Both the position numbers and the translations under genes were made by a program. Positions 8,219 through 17,188 of a stretch of DNA of 31,169 nucleotides are shown one piece after another (positions within the stretch are counted from its first letter, which is position 1; each line of letters starts with the position of its first letter). The stretch covers positions 1-31,169 of the IMG/VR virus record IMGVR_UViG_3300020043_000777; one strand, written 5' to 3'. The notes beneath the pieces were generated by a model, which saw nothing but the letters and a program-made list of their open reading frames with translations, did no database searches and was not told the origin of the DNA. This DNA comes from a virus (Duplodnaviria; Caudoviricetes).

Positions 8219-8716
8219 ATGCTTGACATCCTCGGCGGGGGCCTGCTGGGCTCGATCTTTGGGGGCTTGTTCCGCCTCGCCCCGGAAGTCTTGAAATTCA
8301 TGGACCGCAAGAACGAGCGGCTGCATGAACTGAAAATGTTTGAGCAGCAGTGCCAACTGGAGACGCTGCGCGGTGCGCAGAAACTGCAGGAGATCGGCGC
8401 TCAACACGGTATGGCCGTGGATGTTGGTGTGTTGGATGCGCTCAAGTCCGCGATGGACCAACAGACTGAGATGGTCAAAGCCGCAGGCGGCTGGGTTGCG
8501 TCCCTCAGTGCGTCTGTACGTCCGGTGGTCACCTACTGGATTCTGTTTATCTGGTCGTTCGTGCACATCTGGTTTGCATGGAACGCTTGGCTGCAAGGCA
8601 TGCCGCCAGTGGAAGTGTTCAAGACTGCCATGTCTCCAGACTTCTCCGCCTTGGTCGCGGGCACGATTAATTTTTGGTTCCTTGATCGCGCTTTGAAAGC
8701 ACGGGGGCTTGCGTGA
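8219..8716 (+). CDS. Holin-like membrane protein (GTA 3TM-holin type)
   Basis: Hydrophobic N-terminus, W...LSASVRPVVTY followed by a transmembrane segment, C-terminal hydrophobic segment ending FWFLDR. Overlaps the endolysin start (GTGA). Confidence 0.7.
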   Translation: MLDILGGGLLGSIFGGLFRLAPEVLKFMDRKNERLHELKMFEQQCQLETLRGAQKLQEIGAQHGMAVDVGVLDALKSAMDQQTEMVKAAGGWVASLSASVRPVVTYWILFIWSFVHIWFAWNAWLQGMPPVEVFKTAMSPDFSALVAGTINFWFLDRALKARGLA

Positions 8717-9195
8717 ACCTCGATGTAGCGGTAGCACTGTGCAAGCAGTTTGAGGGGCTTCACCGGCTCGGCAAGGACGGGCTGATCTATCCTTATATCT
8801 GCCCCGCTGGCTACCCTACCATCGGCTGGGGCACCGTTTACAAGCCTGACGGCTCCAAGGTCACTATGGATCACCCGCCAATCACGCGGGAGATAGCCGA
8901 TGCTTGGCTCATGGACGAACTGCGTCGAGTCTGTGCGCCTGCGGTGATGCGGCTTTGCCCTGAACTCTTTGCCTGGAGCGTGCAAAACGGACAGTGGCGG
9001 GCGTTCTGCGCCATTGCGGACTTCACCTACAACCTGGGTACAGGTAGACTCCAGACATCCACCTTACGGCGCAAACTGCGTGCGCTTGATTGGGAAGGCG
9101 CCAAGGAACAACTCGCTTTGTGGGTTCGCGGTGGCGGCAAGGTACTGCCCGGTCTGGTGAAACGTAGAGCCGCAGAAATTGCTTTGCTGGGGTAA
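8713..9195 (+). CDS. Endolysin, GH24 (T4-like) lysozyme
   Basis: FEG...Y.CPAGYPTIGWG (E14, C30, T36), DFTYNLG.G.LQ.STL.RKL and W..GGGKVLPGLVKRRAAE motifs. Confidence 0.92.
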   Translation: MNLDVAVALCKQFEGLHRLGKDGLIYPYICPAGYPTIGWGTVYKPDGSKVTMDHPPITREIADAWLMDELRRVCAPAVMRLCPELFAWSVQNGQWRAFCAIADFTYNLGTGRLQTSTLRRKLRALDWEGAKEQLALWVRGGGKVLPGLVKRRAAEIALLG

Positions 9196-9202
9196 ATATG
9201 CG

Positions 9203-10045
9203 CTACTTATTGATTGCACGTTTGTTATCCCAATACGCTTTTCTGGCAGCAGACAGCTTGGCCCGGTACTCTGGCGTGTCCCACTCTGCGCGTTTAGCTT
9301 TGTATTTCTCTGAGTTCATCGTTTCCTTTAAACGTGCTTTCCTTTTAGCCAAGGCTACAGGGTCCGACATTTTTGCCAGCCTGCGGTCTTGTGATGCTCG
9401 CAAACCCGCAATACGTTTAGCCTCAAATTCTGGATCTTTACCGTTTAGTTCAGCCCAAGACTTCATTTTGGGATTTTCTGCTATTTGTTTGCGTAAACGG
9501 TTCTTTTCTTCTTCAGATGTAACAGGTCCGCGAACTTTTCTTGTAGACATAGCTTCCCGATATGCGGGGTCGGTCCATTTTGCCTTAAGTTTTGCTCGCA
9601 CCTCAGGGCGTTTAGCTGGGTTTGCATCTCCAATAAATAGAACTTTGACATCTGTATCACGCATGCGAGCTTTTTGTCTTTCGCGTGCTTCGGGACTGCG
9701 CACAGGATGGTTAGGATCAAGCATAGCTTGTCGCAATTTTTCTCGGTGCTCTGGAGTCGGCAAATGAGCACCCTCTCCACCGGAAGTCAAATTGGTCAAT
9801 GGACCAGTGCTTGTTTGTATGCGCCCAATTTCAGCTATCAACTGACACTCCAAAGCCGTACCTTCGTTAGCAGAATTAACGGGTCGAAGCTCAATGATGA
9901 CAAGGTGGGCGCCAATCTCATCCAAAGTTTTTTGACAAAGCCAGTTGCGACCACCGTTATTTTTGGGGTTGCTACGGCGCTTGTTTTTTGTAAAGCCAAC
10001 ATAGAACGGGGTGCCGTCCGGTTTTTTCCAGATGTAAACAAACAT
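9203..10045 (-). CDS. Free-standing GIY-YIG-like homing endonuclease with basic C-terminal DNA-binding repeats, 280 aa (start revised to 10045)
   Basis: MFVYIWK..DGTPFYVG...R...LE..LI..IGR....GPLTNLTSGGEG nuclease domain. NP..SPEAR and NPAKRPEVRAKL..KWTDP.YR repeats (NUMOD-like). AAGGAGA RBS on the - strand at 10051-10057. A/T-rich. Confidence 0.85.
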   Translation of the reverse strand: MFVYIWKKPDGTPFYVGFTKNKRRSNPKNNGGRNWLCQKTLDEIGAHLVIIELRPVNSANEGTALECQLIAEIGRIQTSTGPLTNLTSGGEGAHLPTPEHREKLRQAMLDPNHPVRSPEARERQKARMRDTDVKVLFIGDANPAKRPEVRAKLKAKWTDPAYREAMSTRKVRGPVTSEEEKNRLRKQIAENPKMKSWAELNGKDPEFEAKRIAGLRASQDRRLAKMSDPVALAKRKARLKETMNSEKYKAKRAEWDTPEYRAKLSAARKAYWDNKRAINK

Positions 10046-10086
10046 AGTGTTCTCCTTGAAAATGCCGAGAGGGACAGGGTACCACA

Positions 10087-11925
10087 ATGCTAAAAAAGTT
10101 GCAACTCCGTCCAGGCGTCAATAGAGAAAATACACGCTACACCACAGAGGGTGGCTGGTTTTCATGTGACAAGATACGTTTTAGATACGGTACTCCCGAG
10201 AAAATTGGCGGTTGGAATCAAGTATCTAACGTAAGTACGTTTGAGGGTACAGCACGTTCGCTGTGGCCGTGGTCATCTTTGCTGGGCATGGGTACGAACG
10301 AAAAGTTCTACATCATGTATGGCTCCAGTTACTTCGACATCACACCTATTCGTGACACGGTAACGCTGACAGATCCGTTCACAACAACCATTAATTCCAC
10401 GACAGTTACGGTGTCAGATGTCGCACATGGGGCGATCACTGGTGATTGGGTGACCTACTCCGGTGCTACTGCTGTAGGCGGGCTAACGCTCAACGGTGAA
10501 TACCAGATCACCGTGCTTACAATTGACAGCTACACCATCACTGCTTCCAGCCAAGCAAGCTCCACCGCCACAGGCGGCGGCACGGTCACTGCGGCGTACC
10601 AAGTCAACACAGGCCCCGCCATTCAAACGCCTTTGTCTGGGTGGGGCGCGGGGCCTTGGGGTAGTGGCGCGTGGGGTATTGGCAGTACATCGCTTGAGGG
10701 CCTGCGGGTGTGGAATCAGCAGAATTTCGGTGAAGATCTGATCTTCGGCCCCAAGGACGGGCCGATGTATTACTGGGACAACTCACTCGGTCTTACATCT
10801 CGCGGTGTCAACCTGACCTCACTGACCGGCGCGTCGGACGTCCCCACGGTGCAGGGCCTCATCATGGTCTCGGACTCTTCACGCTTTGTGCTGGCGTTTG
10901 GGTGTAACGACTACGGCACCGCTGACCAAAATTTGATGCTGATCCGCTGGTCGGACCAAGAAAGCGCGGTTAACTGGACCCCCGCAGCGACGAACCAAGC
11001 GGGTAGCCTGCAGCTTTCACACGGCTCAGAAATTGTTGGGGTTGCACAGGTTCGTCAGGAGATTCTGGTTTGGACAGACATCTCCCTGTACTCTTTGCAG
11101 TACCTTGGGCCTCCAATTGTGTGGGGTTCTCAGCTTCTGGCCGACAACGTATCGCTCATCAGCGACCGGGCCATGACCACCGCAGCAGGCGTGACCTACT
11201 GGATGGGTGAGGAGAAGTTTTACGCCTACGACGGTCGGGTGCAAACGCTTCCCTGTGATCTGCGGCAGTACATCTTCAGTGACTTCAATCTCAACCAAGC
11301 TGAGCAGGTCTTTGCTTCAACGGTAGAGCGGTTTAACGAGGTCTGGTGGTTCTATTGCTCGGCGGATAACAACACGGCTTCGCCTGACAAATACGTTGTG
11401 TACAACTACTTGGAGAAGATTTGGTACTACGGCACGATGGACCGCACCGCCTGGATCGATGCAAGCATCATCAGCGACTACCCCATTGCGGCCTACGGCG
11501 ATCAGCTTCTGTACCAAGAGTCTGGTGTGGATGACAACTCCACGGGCTCGGCAACGGCTATCGAGTCCTACATCACCTCGTCTGAGTTCGACATTGACGA
11601 CGGACACAACTTCTCGTTCGTCTGGCGGGTGCTGCCTGACATCACCTTCCGTGGCTCCACGGCCAACAATCCTAGCGCCACGCTAACGCTCCTGCCCCTG
11701 CAGAACTCGGGCTCGGGCTACAACAACCCCGCTTCGCTTGGTGGATCAGATGCTGGGACCATTGTCAGAAGTGCTGTCGTGCCCGTTGAGCAATTCACAG
11801 GTCAGGTCAATATCCGCGTGCGTGGTCGCCAGATGTCCATGAAGATTGCTTCAGACGGCGTAGGTGTTACGTGGCAGCTTGGTTCACCAAGAATTGATCT
11901 CAAGCCTGACGGCAGAAAGTCTTGA
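10087..11925 (+). CDS. Tail hub/nozzle protein (P22 gp10-like DNA stabilisation protein)
   Basis: LRPGVNRENT...W...DKIRFR.G.PEKIGGW N-terminus, NFGEDLI, IRWSDQE...W.P..TNQAG and EVWWFY motifs. Inserted small beta domain (HG...GD.VT.SG...LNGEYQIT) at ~10370-10610. Confidence 0.8.
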   Translation: MLKKLQLRPGVNRENTRYTTEGGWFSCDKIRFRYGTPEKIGGWNQVSNVSTFEGTARSLWPWSSLLGMGTNEKFYIMYGSSYFDITPIRDTVTLTDPFTTTINSTTVTVSDVAHGAITGDWVTYSGATAVGGLTLNGEYQITVLTIDSYTITASSQASSTATGGGTVTAAYQVNTGPAIQTPLSGWGAGPWGSGAWGIGSTSLEGLRVWNQQNFGEDLIFGPKDGPMYYWDNSLGLTSRGVNLTSLTGASDVPTVQGLIMVSDSSRFVLAFGCNDYGTADQNLMLIRWSDQESAVNWTPAATNQAGSLQLSHGSEIVGVAQVRQEILVWTDISLYSLQYLGPPIVWGSQLLADNVSLISDRAMTTAAGVTYWMGEEKFYAYDGRVQTLPCDLRQYIFSDFNLNQAEQVFASTVERFNEVWWFYCSADNNTASPDKYVVYNYLEKIWYYGTMDRTAWIDASIISDYPIAAYGDQLLYQESGVDDNSTGSATAIESYITSSEFDIDDGHNFSFVWRVLPDITFRGSTANNPSATLTLLPLQNSGSGYNNPASLGGSDAGTIVRSAVVPVEQFTGQVNIRVRGRQMSMKIASDGVGVTWQLGSPRIDLKPDGRKS

Positions 11926-11926
11926 C

Positions 11927-13309
11927 ATGGCGCTGATCTATAACGTCATCAGGCGGTTTGTTGCACCGGCCCTTCCGCAGGCAACGCAAGAGTACGACCA
12001 GAAGTACTTCGACAAATTTAACAGCGTCCTGCGCTTATATTTTAATCAACTAGATAACCTGCTGGGGCAACTTGTGGCAACTACCGGAAGCGCTGTTCCA
12101 ATCTCTTTCCCAATAAATTCTCTGGACGCATTTGGTAGGCTGGTAACAACACAACCTTACACGATATTTGACAGTCAAAACCGTTACAGGGAAGACGACC
12201 AGTTTGATACTGCTTTGACGGGTGGCGGAACTGCCGCTTACCTGCAGTACGAATCCGCCGTACAGCTAAATGTAGGCACTGCAAATGGTGATCAGGTTGT
12301 CAGGCAGTCGTTTCGTAACATGCCGTATCAGCCCGGCAAGGGGTTGACGTTTCTTGCAACCTTTGTAATGGGCGCACCGAAGGCTAATTTGCGCCAACGT
12401 GTGGGGTATTTCAACACGGACAACGGGGCGTTTCTTCAGCAAAATAATACGACCATTTCGTTTGTTTTGCGTTCAAACTCACTTCCAACCCCTGGTACGC
12501 CAAGTGATGTGCGGACAGTCAACCAAGCCGACTGGAACGTAGACCCTATGGATGGGACCGGGCCAAGCGGGCGCGTGCTGGATTTGACCAAGAACCAGAT
12601 CTTGTACATGGACTTTGAGTGGCTGGGTACTGGAGATGTGCGCTGCGGGTTCTACGTAGACGGCCAACCACAAATTTGCCACATCTTCCACAATGACAAC
12701 ACGCAGACCGCTGTTTACATGCAGACAGCAGTTTTACCTGTAAGGTATGAAATCACCAACACGGGTGCGACAGCGTCTGTTTCCGCAATGAAGCAGGTTT
12801 GTTCTTCCGTGCAGAACATGGGCGGGTATCAGCAGACTACGGCGGATCATCTTGCGCGTAGGACCACGGTTCTCACGACCATCGGAACCACGTTCTTGCC
12901 ACTTGTTTCGATTCGGTTAGCCTCCACTGCATTGGGTGCTGTGGTTCTCCCAAACAAAGTCGAAGTGCTTCCGGTCACCAGCCAGAACTACGAAGTGGCT
13001 TTGGTCAAGAACCCCACAACTTTGACTGGGGCCTCGTGGATTTCTGTTCCATCTGACCCGAATGTGCAGTACGATGTGAGCGCCACAGCAGTGGCCGGTG
13101 GCACGCTTGTTTACAACAACTACACGACCGCCAGCGGCAGCGGGGGCACCAACGTGATCAGCGACTCACCCGGGTACAAGTGGGATCTGCAACTTGGCGC
13201 ATCAATTGCCGGGGTCAGCGATGTGTACACAGTCATGATCCGCACAGTGTCTGGAGCAACCACAGGCGATGCGTTTGGAACCTTCACGTTTTATGACTTG
13301 ACGCAGTGA
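11927..13309 (+). CDS. Tail needle/spike-like protein with large C-terminal beta (lectin-like) domain, 460 aa (start revised to 11927)
   Basis: ATG 1 nt after the hub stop. N-terminal APALP....EY.......NSVLRLYFNQLD coiled segment, then DAFGRL....P.TIFDS, YQPGKG and DFEWLG.G.VR.GF motifs. Confidence 0.6.
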   Translation: MALIYNVIRRFVAPALPQATQEYDQKYFDKFNSVLRLYFNQLDNLLGQLVATTGSAVPISFPINSLDAFGRLVTTQPYTIFDSQNRYREDDQFDTALTGGGTAAYLQYESAVQLNVGTANGDQVVRQSFRNMPYQPGKGLTFLATFVMGAPKANLRQRVGYFNTDNGAFLQQNNTTISFVLRSNSLPTPGTPSDVRTVNQADWNVDPMDGTGPSGRVLDLTKNQILYMDFEWLGTGDVRCGFYVDGQPQICHIFHNDNTQTAVYMQTAVLPVRYEITNTGATASVSAMKQVCSSVQNMGGYQQTTADHLARRTTVLTTIGTTFLPLVSIRLASTALGAVVLPNKVEVLPVTSQNYEVALVKNPTTLTGASWISVPSDPNVQYDVSATAVAGGTLVYNNYTTASGSGGTNVISDSPGYKWDLQLGASIAGVSDVYTVMIRTVSGATTGDAFGTFTFYDLTQ

Positions 13310-13371
13310 TATGACAATGCAGCACCAACACTCACTGCCACCGATAGCCTCTCATTCTGGGATCTGACGTA

Positions 13372-14739
13372 ATGGAAGACCTAACCGAAGAAGCACTGCG
13401 CCAAATTGTGAGTGGCACATCTAATGATTGGATGGCAGCGTTAAAAGAAAAGCATCCTGATTGGATACTGCAAGCTATTCAGTCACAACCAGCAAGTTCT
13501 GAGACTGGCGAACAAGCGGGGCCAATTGAAGGTTACACGTTTTACGACCCGTCAAAAATCAGCACAAGCGATAAGTTTCAGCGATACGATGTATCTGGTA
13601 AATTGCTTGGAAGTCAGCAGTTTAAGAAGCCGGGAAGTGCTTGGGATCTTACAAAACAAGCCGCAGCAGACCTCGGACCAATTCTTCAGTTTACCCCACT
13701 TGCGCCACTTGTAAGGGCTGTAAGTGCGCTGAGTGCTGCGGAGCGCGGTGACATACTTGGTGCGTTGGCTGCTGGCTTACCTATTGCAGACAAAATACCT
13801 GGGCTTGACGCTGCTACTGCAAGTACGCTAAAAGATATCGGGAAGTATGCATCGGTTGGCAAAGCCGCGCAATCTGGGGATTGGCAGCAAGTTCTGAGCG
13901 CAGCATCTCAAATTCCAGGCATCGGCGCCAATATTCCACAAGAACTTAAAACAGTTTCTGATTACGCTTCTAAAGCTGCGTTGCTGCAGAGGGCAGCAAA
14001 AGGCGATATTGGAGCACTTACAAAGCTAGCTAAAGAATATGGCGGCGCAACACCTTCTCCTTCAGAAACAACTGGTGGTTATGGCGGGGCAGAGACTTCA
14101 GGTTTTTACGATGCGGAAGAAGAGCAAAACTTTGACGACTTGATGGCTTCATTAGCGCCAACTTCGGAGCCTTTGCCTCAAGGAAACGAAGATATTGACG
14201 CGCTTTTGTCTGAATATGCGGGGACTGGCGCAGACACTGCTGCAACTCCTACGTTTACTCCCGGTTCTGATGATGTCTACGAAGACATTGAAAGTCTATT
14301 GGCGCGGTATGAAGGTCAAGGATTTGCAGATCAGCCAAGCGGAGCAACGGATCAAAGCGTTGATATTACGGGTAGTAAAGATGTAATCATCCCTGACTGG
14401 GATGTGCTGCCCGATGTAGTAACATCTCCGCGCAGCATCCGTGACATTGGCACTGTGACCAAAATAGGCCCTGACGAAAAATTAGAGGGCACAGAGATCA
14501 AAGAAAAGGATCTTGCTGAGGATCTTAAGCCGGTTACGACAGGCGGCGCAAAAACCAGCACCACAAAGACAACAGACAAGAAGAATGAGATTGACTGGTC
14601 TAAGTTGTTTGCGCTGTTGGGCGCGATGAACCGCCCACAAGAACAGAAAGAGCAGTACCAAACTGCAACAGGTATCCCCGATTACGAGGATTTGATGTAT
14701 GGATTGCGTAGCGGCGAAACGCCGTACATGAGAGGTTGA
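13372..14739 (+). CDS. Acidic, low-complexity putative internal virion (ejection) protein
   Basis: Position after the tail genes, ~42-aa helical repeats (A..GD....L.A...IPG...LK...YAS) and acidic EDI..LL..Y repeats. Confidence 0.55.
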   Translation: MEDLTEEALRQIVSGTSNDWMAALKEKHPDWILQAIQSQPASSETGEQAGPIEGYTFYDPSKISTSDKFQRYDVSGKLLGSQQFKKPGSAWDLTKQAAADLGPILQFTPLAPLVRAVSALSAAERGDILGALAAGLPIADKIPGLDAATASTLKDIGKYASVGKAAQSGDWQQVLSAASQIPGIGANIPQELKTVSDYASKAALLQRAAKGDIGALTKLAKEYGGATPSPSETTGGYGGAETSGFYDAEEEQNFDDLMASLAPTSEPLPQGNEDIDALLSEYAGTGADTAATPTFTPGSDDVYEDIESLLARYEGQGFADQPSGATDQSVDITGSKDVIIPDWDVLPDVVTSPRSIRDIGTVTKIGPDEKLEGTEIKEKDLAEDLKPVTTGGAKTSTTKTTDKKNEIDWSKLFALLGAMNRPQEQKEQYQTATGIPDYEDLMYGLRSGETPYMRG

Positions 14740-14740
14740 T

Positions 14741-17188
14741 ATGACTATTGGTGTTGACGACATTGATCAAGACATCCTGAAAACGTACCTTGATCAATAC
14801 AACGACGATCCAACAAGTTTTTCGTGGCAGAAAGTATTTGATGCCATCAAGAGTATGGGCGGCGCTGCTGCCAAATTTGCCACTTCTGGTCAGGGTATTG
14901 CAAGCCTAGGTGGTGCAGCACTAAACTATCTTGACCGCGCCAAACCTACAGGCGGCGGCACCAAAATGGCCTACCCAGGCGCTATGGATCTGTCCCGCAC
15001 AATGGTGCAGGGCAAGTACGGTCCTATCGCTGAGTACAAGTCTTCGTACTACACAGGCGCTCCAGACTATCGGGACTTTAAGTCACCAACGTTTCCTGGG
15101 TTGGTAGGCACGCCCGCCCCTGCGCCGGGGCCAGCCGCCCGAGAAAGGACTGTTGCATCTAAGATAGCTGAGTACAAAAATTTAGCGTCTTACGGCCTGT
15201 CCGATGAGCGCATCCGTCGTATTGCAGAGGTCATGTATGGCCCGCAGACGGATTCGGATTGGGCAGAACTCAAGCGTCTGTCGGGTGTAAGCACTGAAGG
15301 TGGGATTAAAACGCCTTCTCCGACTCCGGCACCTGCCCCAACACCAGCACCAGCACCTACCCCTGCGCCTACCCCTGCACCTACGCCAGCACCTACCCCT
15401 GCGCCTGCAAGCGCAGCTCGGGGGACTGCGGCAGAGCAATTTGCTAAATTAAATTTGCCAATGCCGGCAAATTGGGAAACTACAACAGATCCAATCCAGC
15501 GCATAAAAATTCTTACTGCGATGGGCGTGACATCTGACCAGCTAAAGTCTATTGGCTACTCGCCAGCAGATATTGCTTGGATGGAAGCGCGTGAGTTTGG
15601 TAAAAACGTGGGATTTGACGATCCAAACAAACCGCCTTCTGGGAACTTAATTGTTCCAACAGATGAATATAGTGTGCCTGTAAGTAGTGACAGAAGTTGG
15701 TATTGGAGTGAAGGAAAATGGAATCCAAATACAATTGGAGCTACTGTGGACCTTATGGAGTCCGGCACTAGGTCACAAGCTCAGACAGGCGAAGGACGAG
15801 CTTCTCGTGCAACTACAAGGCAGGCTGGGGCGGAGCAAGGTATTGCTTCTTTAGCACAAGAAGATCCTTTTGTGGCAGCTATTAAGCAAGCAGTAGCTAC
15901 ACCTCAAGCACAAACTCCAATTTACAAAGATCCAAAATCTGAGTCAACGCTGTCAGTTAAAAAAGATTATTTGGGTCAACCAATAGAATTTACTTTCGCT
16001 GACAAATACGGCAAATCAGAAACTGTTGGTGCATCCAACACAACGCCGATAAATGAACTTGCTCAAAAATATGGCATTGACTTAACTAGCGCATTTGGCG
16101 CTGGCACGTCAGCTACCGGGGGCGGGTTGCCTTGGTATGGGACGCAAAAAAACGCGGCTGATACTCAAAAATATGCAAACGTAGGTAGCTTCACCCCTGG
16201 AACGCCTCAGCAGATGGTGTACAGCCCAGAGGATAAAGGGCTTGTGTTTCAGCCTATTCAAACAGGACAAGATCTTGGAACGCAACTATCAGAGTTTGCG
16301 GCCAAACCATTTGCAGAGCTAGAGAAGACTCTGCAGCAATTCAAACAAACACCACCAAAAACACAAGAAGAGTTAGTTGCTGCCAATTCTGCTTGGTTGG
16401 ACTATCAAAATAGGTTTGCCAACAGTTCAGTTGCAACACAACCCGGCAGATACGATTCTAGTTTGAAGCCAATATCGATGTTGGCGCAAACTTATAACGA
16501 GTATGGGCCGCTAAATCAGGCAATGACGTCTCTTAGCCAGCAGGCATCTCAGGGTACGTCGCAAGCGTTAACGGGTTCCCCATTTGCAGGTGGTCAAGCG
16601 CAACAACTAAACCAAACAATTGCGGCACTTGGGGCCAACCCATTGGTACAGCAGACGTTAGACAAAATATCAGCCGTAGATCCAAGCGCAAAGTTTTCTA
16701 CAGATGATACAACACGGTTGGCTGGGCAAATACAAGAACTTGGGGCAGAAAATGCCATCTCTAATTTTATTAGAGACAAACAAAATTTGATTGGTTTTGG
16801 AACAAATAACTGGCAGTCTAGTTTAAATGTAAAAAATCCAACGTATGCGGCTTATCAGAATCTGCTCAATAATATTGGGGGACTGTACGCGCAACCGACA
16901 AAAGGGTTAGCCAATGGCGGCGCTGTTCAGATGGAAGACGGCGGCTTCGTGATGACCAAGCGTGCGGTGGACGGCGCTGGTGGCCCAAGGGGTATACAGC
17001 AACTGGTCCCAGGTGCGACAATGATCCGTGGCCCAGGCACTGGCACAAGCGACGACATCCCGGCAGTGATCAACGGCCGAAGCGGTAAGACCCCTGCCAG
17101 ACTCTCAAACGGTGAAGCCTATGTCCCTCCGGGGCGCAACACCAAAGGGCTCTACGCCCTGATGCACCAGCTTGAAAGGAAAGCGTGA
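14741..17188 (+). CDS. Putative internal virion protein with PAPT linkers and a tape-measure-type C-terminal module
   Basis: Pro/Ala/Thr linkers and C-terminal LANGG...GGFVMTK...GPGTGTSDDIPA...ARLSNGEAYV...LYALM. Confidence 0.65.
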   Translation: MTIGVDDIDQDILKTYLDQYNDDPTSFSWQKVFDAIKSMGGAAAKFATSGQGIASLGGAALNYLDRAKPTGGGTKMAYPGAMDLSRTMVQGKYGPIAEYKSSYYTGAPDYRDFKSPTFPGLVGTPAPAPGPAARERTVASKIAEYKNLASYGLSDERIRRIAEVMYGPQTDSDWAELKRLSGVSTEGGIKTPSPTPAPAPTPAPAPTPAPTPAPTPAPTPAPASAARGTAAEQFAKLNLPMPANWETTTDPIQRIKILTAMGVTSDQLKSIGYSPADIAWMEAREFGKNVGFDDPNKPPSGNLIVPTDEYSVPVSSDRSWYWSEGKWNPNTIGATVDLMESGTRSQAQTGEGRASRATTRQAGAEQGIASLAQEDPFVAAIKQAVATPQAQTPIYKDPKSESTLSVKKDYLGQPIEFTFADKYGKSETVGASNTTPINELAQKYGIDLTSAFGAGTSATGGGLPWYGTQKNAADTQKYANVGSFTPGTPQQMVYSPEDKGLVFQPIQTGQDLGTQLSEFAAKPFAELEKTLQQFKQTPPKTQEELVAANSAWLDYQNRFANSSVATQPGRYDSSLKPISMLAQTYNEYGPLNQAMTSLSQQASQGTSQALTGSPFAGGQAQQLNQTIAALGANPLVQQTLDKISAVDPSAKFSTDDTTRLAGQIQELGAENAISNFIRDKQNLIGFGTNNWQSSLNVKNPTYAAYQNLLNNIGGLYAQPTKGLANGGAVQMEDGGFVMTKRAVDGAGGPRGIQQLVPGATMIRGPGTGTSDDIPAVINGRSGKTPARLSNGEAYVPPGRNTKGLYALMHQLERKA
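15311..15409 (+). repeat. Imperfect 12-bp coding tandem repeat (PTPA linker)
   Basis: cctacccctgcg / cctacccctgca / cctacgccagca units encoding TPSPTPAPAPTPAPAPTPAPTPAPTPAPTPAPA. Confidence 0.9.

Noticed and set aside
9198-10093. + strand ORFs 9198-9767 and 9674-10093 that would keep the operon co-directional
   Set aside because: Ser/Phe/Leu-rich antisense translations of the Lys/Arg/Glu-rich endonuclease; the - strand frame has the motifs and the RBS.
6094-13309. Diversity-generating retroelement or invertible cassette acting on fibre genes
   Set aside because: No reverse transcriptase, template/variable repeat pair, invertase or inverted recombination sites seen in the window.
13310-13371. 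Largest intergenic gap: 18-codon ORF MTMQHQHSLPPIASHSGI (13311-13367) or an internal promoter
   Set aside because: No RBS for the ORF; TTGACG and GACAAT are not at sigma70 spacing; no convincing hairpin.
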